Source: Peribolospora baueri (lineage: Eukaryota). Taken from it: 64,000 nucleotides of DNA. Within the stretch, counting starts at the first letter, position 1. Each line of letters opens with the position of its first letter. Of this stretch, positions 58,470-64,000 are shown piece by piece. The stretch spans positions 124,001-188,000 of the forward strand of contig JAMDHS010000036.1 in NCBI GenBank assembly GCA_029717555.1, written 5' to 3'. The position numbers and the translations under genes were made by a program. Under the pieces are notes generated by a model. That model saw only the letters and a program-made list of their open reading frames with translations, had not been told where the DNA came from and made no database searches.

Positions 58470-61400
58470 TCAAGCCGACGCCGAGCCGGACTTATCGCCC
58501 TGCCCTCCCGCCGCGGCCGTCGGCGTCTGAGCGCGACTGACCTCACCAGACTCCTTTTCTGTGCCTGCTGCGCTCGACGGTCCTGCGCCCGCACCCGCAC
58601 CGCTGGCAGATTTGGATGGCGGAAACGTGGACGTGGACGTAGCCGTCGCGGCAGCGGCCGCCGCCTCGGCGTCCTCGTTATCGTCATCCAGCTCGTCTAC
58701 CTCTCCGGCCTCTTTTTCGTCTTCCTCTGTCGGCGCCGCGGGCCCGTTCCTGCCAGCCGCCGTCGCCGCCGGCACAGTGGGCAGAGGTGCATCGACGCCA
58801 GCGGCCGCCGACGAGGAGGACGCGGGCGGAGCACCGGGAGACCGAGGAGGAGATCGGCTCCTAGCTCGCTTTGACGCGTCGTCCCTGTGCCCTTGAGCCG
58901 GGCTCGGGCCTCTCTCGTCGTCCCGTGCTCGCTTTCCGAGCGCACCGGGAACGTCAGCGTCTGACCGGCCGCCACCGGAGCGGGGTCGAGGCGCGGCGGC
59001 GGTGGCGCTTCTCGAAGGCGAGCTATGAGGAGCACTGGAGCCACCGTTGACTTCGGCCCGAGCAGATGCAGCGCCGGCGAGACCCATGAGAGCGTCGGCG
59101 GCGCCGTCGTCATAGTCCTCGTCGACGAGCCTAGAAGGAGGGGGCCCGGGTCTGGTGTAGGACGACGACGTCCTGGGGCTCGCCGGAGGCGACTTGGCGC
59201 GAGAGGGCGATGAGCCAGTCGAGGGTGGCCTGTTTTCCTCTTTCCTACCCGCCGCTCCCGACGTCGAAGATTTGCGATCGCTGCCCGAGCTCAAAGGAGC
59301 GCTCCGAGCATGGGCAGCGCTCGGCGAGCCAGACGTCGCCGCGGCGGTGGCACCCTGTTCATCCACCCGCTCTTTCCTCTTCCTCCCATTCCCGTTTCCG
59401 CTCCCGTTCTCGAAGCCGATCGGACTGGCAGAGACGCGAGCCCTCGCTCCCGACCCGGCCTCCTCCTTTCCCTTCGCACCGCCGCCACCACCACCACCAC
59501 CACCACTAGCCCTTCCCCTTGTGGGCCTGCCCTTGGTCGCCGGCTGAGGAGTGAGCGCGCCGCTGTCGGACGAAGGGGGTGGTGCGGCGGTAGCCGCGGG
59601 CGGAGGGTGCATCGCGCCGCTTCCGCTTTCGCCGCCTTCTTGTCTGGCCCACTCGACCGTTCCCCTCTCTCGCTCAGGCGCCTCGCCCGCGTACACCTGC
59701 TTTCGAGAAGGAGTAGAGGAAGAGGGAGGCGGCGGCGGCGGCGGCGCGCCGTAATAGCCACCTTGGGTCGAGCTTTCAGGGCCCCACGGCCGGTCGTTAC
59801 GCGGATCGTACCGGCGGTCGTGCTCGTAAGGCGAAGCGTCGTATATGTGTCGACCGTGCGGCGGAGGCGGAGGGTAGCCGCCAGGCGAAGGCGGCCTGCC
59901 TCCGGACATGCGCCTACTCTCGCGCGACGGTGACTGGGGGCCGCCGTGTGCGCTCGGCGGCCGACCGTACGCAGCGGGCGGAGGGTAGTGTTGGCCCGGT
60001 GACGCGCCGGTCCGAGCCTGACCTTCGACGGCAGCCCGGCTCCTCCCCCAATCTCTCCGATCTCGCTCGTCGTAGACTGGATGGTGTGAAGGAGGCGGGC
60101 CATACCTGCCATCAGGAGGATACGGGGTATAGCCGTGCTGAGACGGGTACGGAGGAGGGTAGCCCTGCTCGTGCTTCGTCCTGGGCGAGGTGCGCGGCGA
60201 GGGCGAAGGGCCATACCGACGGTCGTGTGGTCCGGGGCCCGGCGAGGGACCGCGCTCATGGGGTGGAAGCGCGTGCGGAGGCGGACCGGTAGGTTCATGT
60301 CTCAACGGTGGCGGTGGAGGCGGCGGCGGCGAAGGACGACCATAGTGGCCCGGCGGCGGCGCATGCTCGACCTCCATAGGAGCGAGAGGAGTATGAGGCG
60401 GCGGCTTGGTCCCGCGGTCATCAATGTTGGCGATCTGTGGCGGCTGACCGCGGAACGGATCTTGACCAGCGGGCGAGGGCGGGCGCGGTGGCAGTCCTGG
60501 ACCTGGGAGCTGTCGAGGACCATCGCCACCTTCGCCGATGGGCGGCGGCGGCGGCGGCGGTGGCGGTCCGCGCGCACCTCCTCCCGGCCCTTCCTGAGGC
60601 GGATAGCCTCCTGGGGCCGAAGGCCCTCCGGCCGGAGCGGAGGCTGGGGCCCCAGAAAATTGCGACGGAGGTCCGGCAACACCTTGAGTGGCATACGCCG
60701 TAGGATGAACGTCCTGCGGCATGGGAGCGCTCGGAACCTGACCTCCGGTCTGCTGTGCGTTCCTCAAGAGGGCCAACCTTTGCTTGATGCTGTGATTGTT
60801 CGGGTCGAGGTCGGCGGCACGCTGGTAAGCGTCGATGGCGTCGTTGACCTGGTTGTTGCAGCTCTCGTAGAGCGAGCCGAGGTCGAACCAGACTTCGGAA
60901 ATGTAAGGGTTGAGCCGAATGGCGCGCGAGTAGGCGTCCAAGGCGTCTCGGAACTGGTTGATTTGGTAATAAAGCACACCGATGGAGCACCAGAACGTCG
61001 GGTTTCGCCCGTCCCGGTAGACGGCTTGCTGGTACGCCTCGTACGCCTTCTTGTAGTTCTGACCGGCCATGTAAGAGCGACCGAGAAGATACCAGCTCTG
61101 CGCATCGTTGGCATCTGGGAAACCGGGAGAGAAGGAAACCGGATAAGTAAGGCGGTGGCCGCTCACCATTCGCCTCGTTCGACCCACTCACCCGACTCCA
61201 AGCTCTTGGTCAAGTACTGTATCGCCAACTCCTGGTTGGCGAAACTGGCGCCATTCTGGTGGTAGAGCCAGCCAAGCTGCTGCAAGACTTTGGCGTGCGT
61301 GGGGTTTTCCGCAAGCACGCGCTCATAGGCGTCTTTCGCCAAGTTGTACTGGAAGACGGGCGACCGCATACATGATCAGCATCACATCGGTCGCTGCTGT

Positions 61401-63017
61401 GAGAAGCTTGTGAGTCTCAGAAAAAGAAGCGCTGAAAGAGACTCACGTCTTTCTGCTGCTCATAAACGTGCCCGATTTGGAACCAGATGTCGATCTCGGT
61501 CAGAGGCCTCGGAGGGTTGCTGAGGATGTATCGGAAACACTGCCGAATCCGTTCGGATGCGCGACCGCTACGTGTCAGCACACACAGTTCACGAAGAAAA
61601 CGGACGGCTCTGGAGTATTTAACGTCCCGGGGACCGACGCTCACTTCCAAGCTCTGATCATACCGATGCTGGTGCTTGTAAATGATACCAAGGCGGAAAT
61701 AGATCTCGTTTGCCTTGTCATAAGCTGTGAAGCCCCGCGCGCGCAAGTCCGACCAAAGCGAAAAAGAATCAGCATCGCAGAACCTCACGACCACACCACG
61801 TCCAGTGCACGAGAGAAGCATCTATTGGACGGAACGGCCACTCACAAGGGTCCATTCTCACAACGCTAGCGAAAGCTTCCTCCGCGTGCTGCAAGCTGCC
61901 GTATCGGTCGTAGAGAATGCCGATGCCGTACCAGAGCTTGGGCTCTTTCGGGTTCGGCAGGTGGTACAACGCCTGCTGATAGGCGGTGTATGCCTTTTGT
62001 AGATCGTCCATCATGAGGTAGCAGTGGCCTTTGCAATCGTTTGCCGGCGACCAAGAACGGGGGACAAATCACCGTGTTGTTGAGTGACAAAAATGGGCGC
62101 CGATCGCGTCGAAGCGAGAAGATTCGATCTGACACTCACCCAACGCTCCCCAAGTCTCTCCGTTCTCCGGAGACAAATGGAGGACACGTTGAAAATAGTC
62201 GACGGCCTGTCGGAAGGGGAAAGAGCGGCAGGCGGTCTGAGCGCGATCGGGCTGAAGGCACTGGCTTTTCGATCACGGGCTTCGCGTTGACGGCTCACCT
62301 TGGCATGCTGATCCAGTCCCCTGTACACGGTCGCTATGTCACTGAGCGCCTGGATGGAATACGGGTTATGCCGAAGGGCTGACTCGTAGGCAGCAATCGC
62401 ACGGTCGTAATCTTCCATCTGCTCCGCCACGCGACCTGTTCGAGCGAAGGCGAAGGAAAATAAAGTATAGGACGGACGAGGTCAGAGGGAAAAGTGGCCG
62501 AAACGCATCGGATACCGGAGAGCACGGCATCCAAAGAAAGTAGCGCACGCCGCCCGCTCGAAAATGAATAGCTCGATTTCCCATGATTGGCGAACGGCAA
62601 GTTTTCACTCGTGGCCAAAACCTCCACCTCGGGAAGGGATGCAGATAGATGGGAAAGAGAAAAAAATCGCCAAAAGCTCCCGACCTTTACAGGTACTCAC
62701 CGATTTGCAACCAGGCGGCCTCGTTTGCCTGCGCGAGCTTGGCCAATGTCCCATTCGGCGGTGGCCCCTGTCCCGGCGCGCCGCCAGGCCCGGGCGGGGC
62801 GCCTTCCGGTCCCCTTCCCGGCGTGGGGGGGCCCGGTGCTCCTTGAGCGCCGGCGCCGGCGGGAGGCCCTGTCATGGGCACTCCTGCGCCGTTCTGCATC
62901 CCTGTTGAGCCGGGAGGCGGCGGGAGAGGTGGATGACCGGCGGAAGACGGCGGAGGCGGAGGAGGCACGCCATTTTGCTGATGTTGGGCCGCCTGCTGTT
63001 GTTGCTGCTGTTGTTGC

Positions 63018-63049
<32 letters not shown>

Positions 63050-63652
63050 CTGCTGCTGCTGCTGTTGTTGTTGTTGCTGCTGGTGCTGCTGGTGAAGATG
63101 GTGCTGGTGTTGCTGCATTTGGTGAGCCGTCATAGGGTGCCCCATCGGCGGAGGCGGCCCACCATTCATCATGGCCGCTTGCTGAGCCGCGGCGGCGGCG
63201 GCAGAGCCGGGAGGAGGACCGGGCATGCCATTCATAGGGGGACCGGCTCCGGGCTGCATGGCCCCCATTGGGGCGCCGGGCCCGCCTGGAAGGACGCCGG
63301 AGGGAGGAAGAGGCTGAGGTGCGTGGAGAGGCGTGTGGATGGGCGTGCTCTGGCTGTGCGAAGATGCGCCTGGAGGGGGCGGACCGGGCTGATTGGCGGA
63401 AGGATGAGCGCCGGGCGGCGGGGGTGGGCCTCTGTGGGGATGGTACTGAGATGGATGGGGTGCATGGTGGGGAGGCATAGGTTCGGCGCTCATGGGCGGA
63501 GGCGGCGGGGGCGCATAGTGTGCGACGGGCGGTAGGGGGTGAGCGGGATGGTGCGGATGAGAGGCATGCTGGGGGGGTCCAGGCGGAGGAGGACCTTGCT
63601 GTGGGTGATGATGGGTGGGATGGTGATGAGAACGATGGGAGGGGGGGGGCAT
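58470..63652 (-). CDS. CYC8: General transcriptional corepressor Cyc8/Ssn6 (TPR repeats, polyQ N-terminus, long disordered C-terminus)
   Basis: LAQANEAAWLQIG, AYESALRHNPYS, AYQQALYHLPNPKEPKLWYGIGILYDRYGS, EIYFRLGIIYK, DIWFQIGHVYE, AYQQAVYRDGRNPTFWCSIGVLYYQINQ. Confidence 0.96.
62992..63090 (-). repeat. CAG/CAA polyglutamine tract in CYC8
   Basis: Mixed ctg/ttg run on the plus strand translating to about 30 Gln. Confidence 0.92.
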
Positions 63653-64000
63653 CGTCGTTCACTCGGCGCGTGTCGTGGTGGCCGGGTAAGGGCCGGCGAA
63701 GAGAAGGAAGGACGGCGGGGGACTGTGATCGACGTCAGACGGAGGTGGATGATGACGGCGTGGCTTGGATGGAGGGAGGGGGGGTGGTGGAAGAGGAGGA
63801 GGAAAAAAAGTGGAGGTGGCGAAGAGGAAGGAGTGGATGGATGGAGGCGGCGGCGGGTTGATTGATGTATGGAGGGGGTCGCGTGTTGGGATGGGATGGG
63901 ATGGTGGTGAAGAGGAGGAAGGAAGGAAGCCGGGCGGGCGGGCAGGCGGGAGGTTTTGATGAGGAGGGGCAGGCGCAGGGAAGGGAAAGGGAAGGGATGG

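Noticed and set aside
1..64000. Hundreds of overlapping or antisense ORFs in the six-frame track (e.g. 18629..19678+, 60135..61265+, 57972..58874+)
   Set aside because: They are shadows of GC-rich coding sequence or low-complexity DNA, with no recognisable motifs.
1..64000. rRNA, tRNA, CRISPR or prokaryotic operon-type systems
   Set aside because: I saw no cloverleaf, rRNA signature or repeat-spacer array, and the DNA is clearly spliceosomal-intron-containing eukaryotic sequence. Small ncRNAs cannot be excluded without a covariance search.

Overview
This window is GC-rich, intron-dense eukaryotic DNA, most consistent with a basidiomycete fungus (GTGAGT/GTGCGT donors, CTGAC/CTAAC-type branch points, YAG/AAG acceptors). 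I spliced about 20 protein-coding genes by hand: an SH3BGR-like protein, KGD4, PUF6, a SYN8-like SNARE, glutaryl-CoA dehydrogenase, an ADY2-type acetate transporter, a Med25-like protein, a SWAP/DRY-EERY splicing-factor-like protein, a DUF89/ARMT1 phosphatase joined to an ABZ2-type aminodeoxychorismate lyase, GHITM, a SAM methyltransferase, ATG16, UPRT, YPT7, a 1694-aa intronless orphan ORF, PXR1, MRPL25, LETM1/MDM38, GPI2, DCTN5, DUF1764 and CYC8/SSN6. The most striking signal is that the DUF89 phosphatase has no stop codon after splicing and reads in frame into a PLP-dependent ADC-lyase domain that has no ATG of its own, which looks like a gene fusion. Other points of interest are a fold-back inverted duplication of a dead LINE ORF1 just upstream of PUF6, a fungal protein with Med25 VWA+ACID-like architecture, and an unusually long intron splitting the DRY motif of the SWAP-like gene. 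I saw no rRNA, tRNA or CRISPR. All assignments come from motif recognition and no database search was run.
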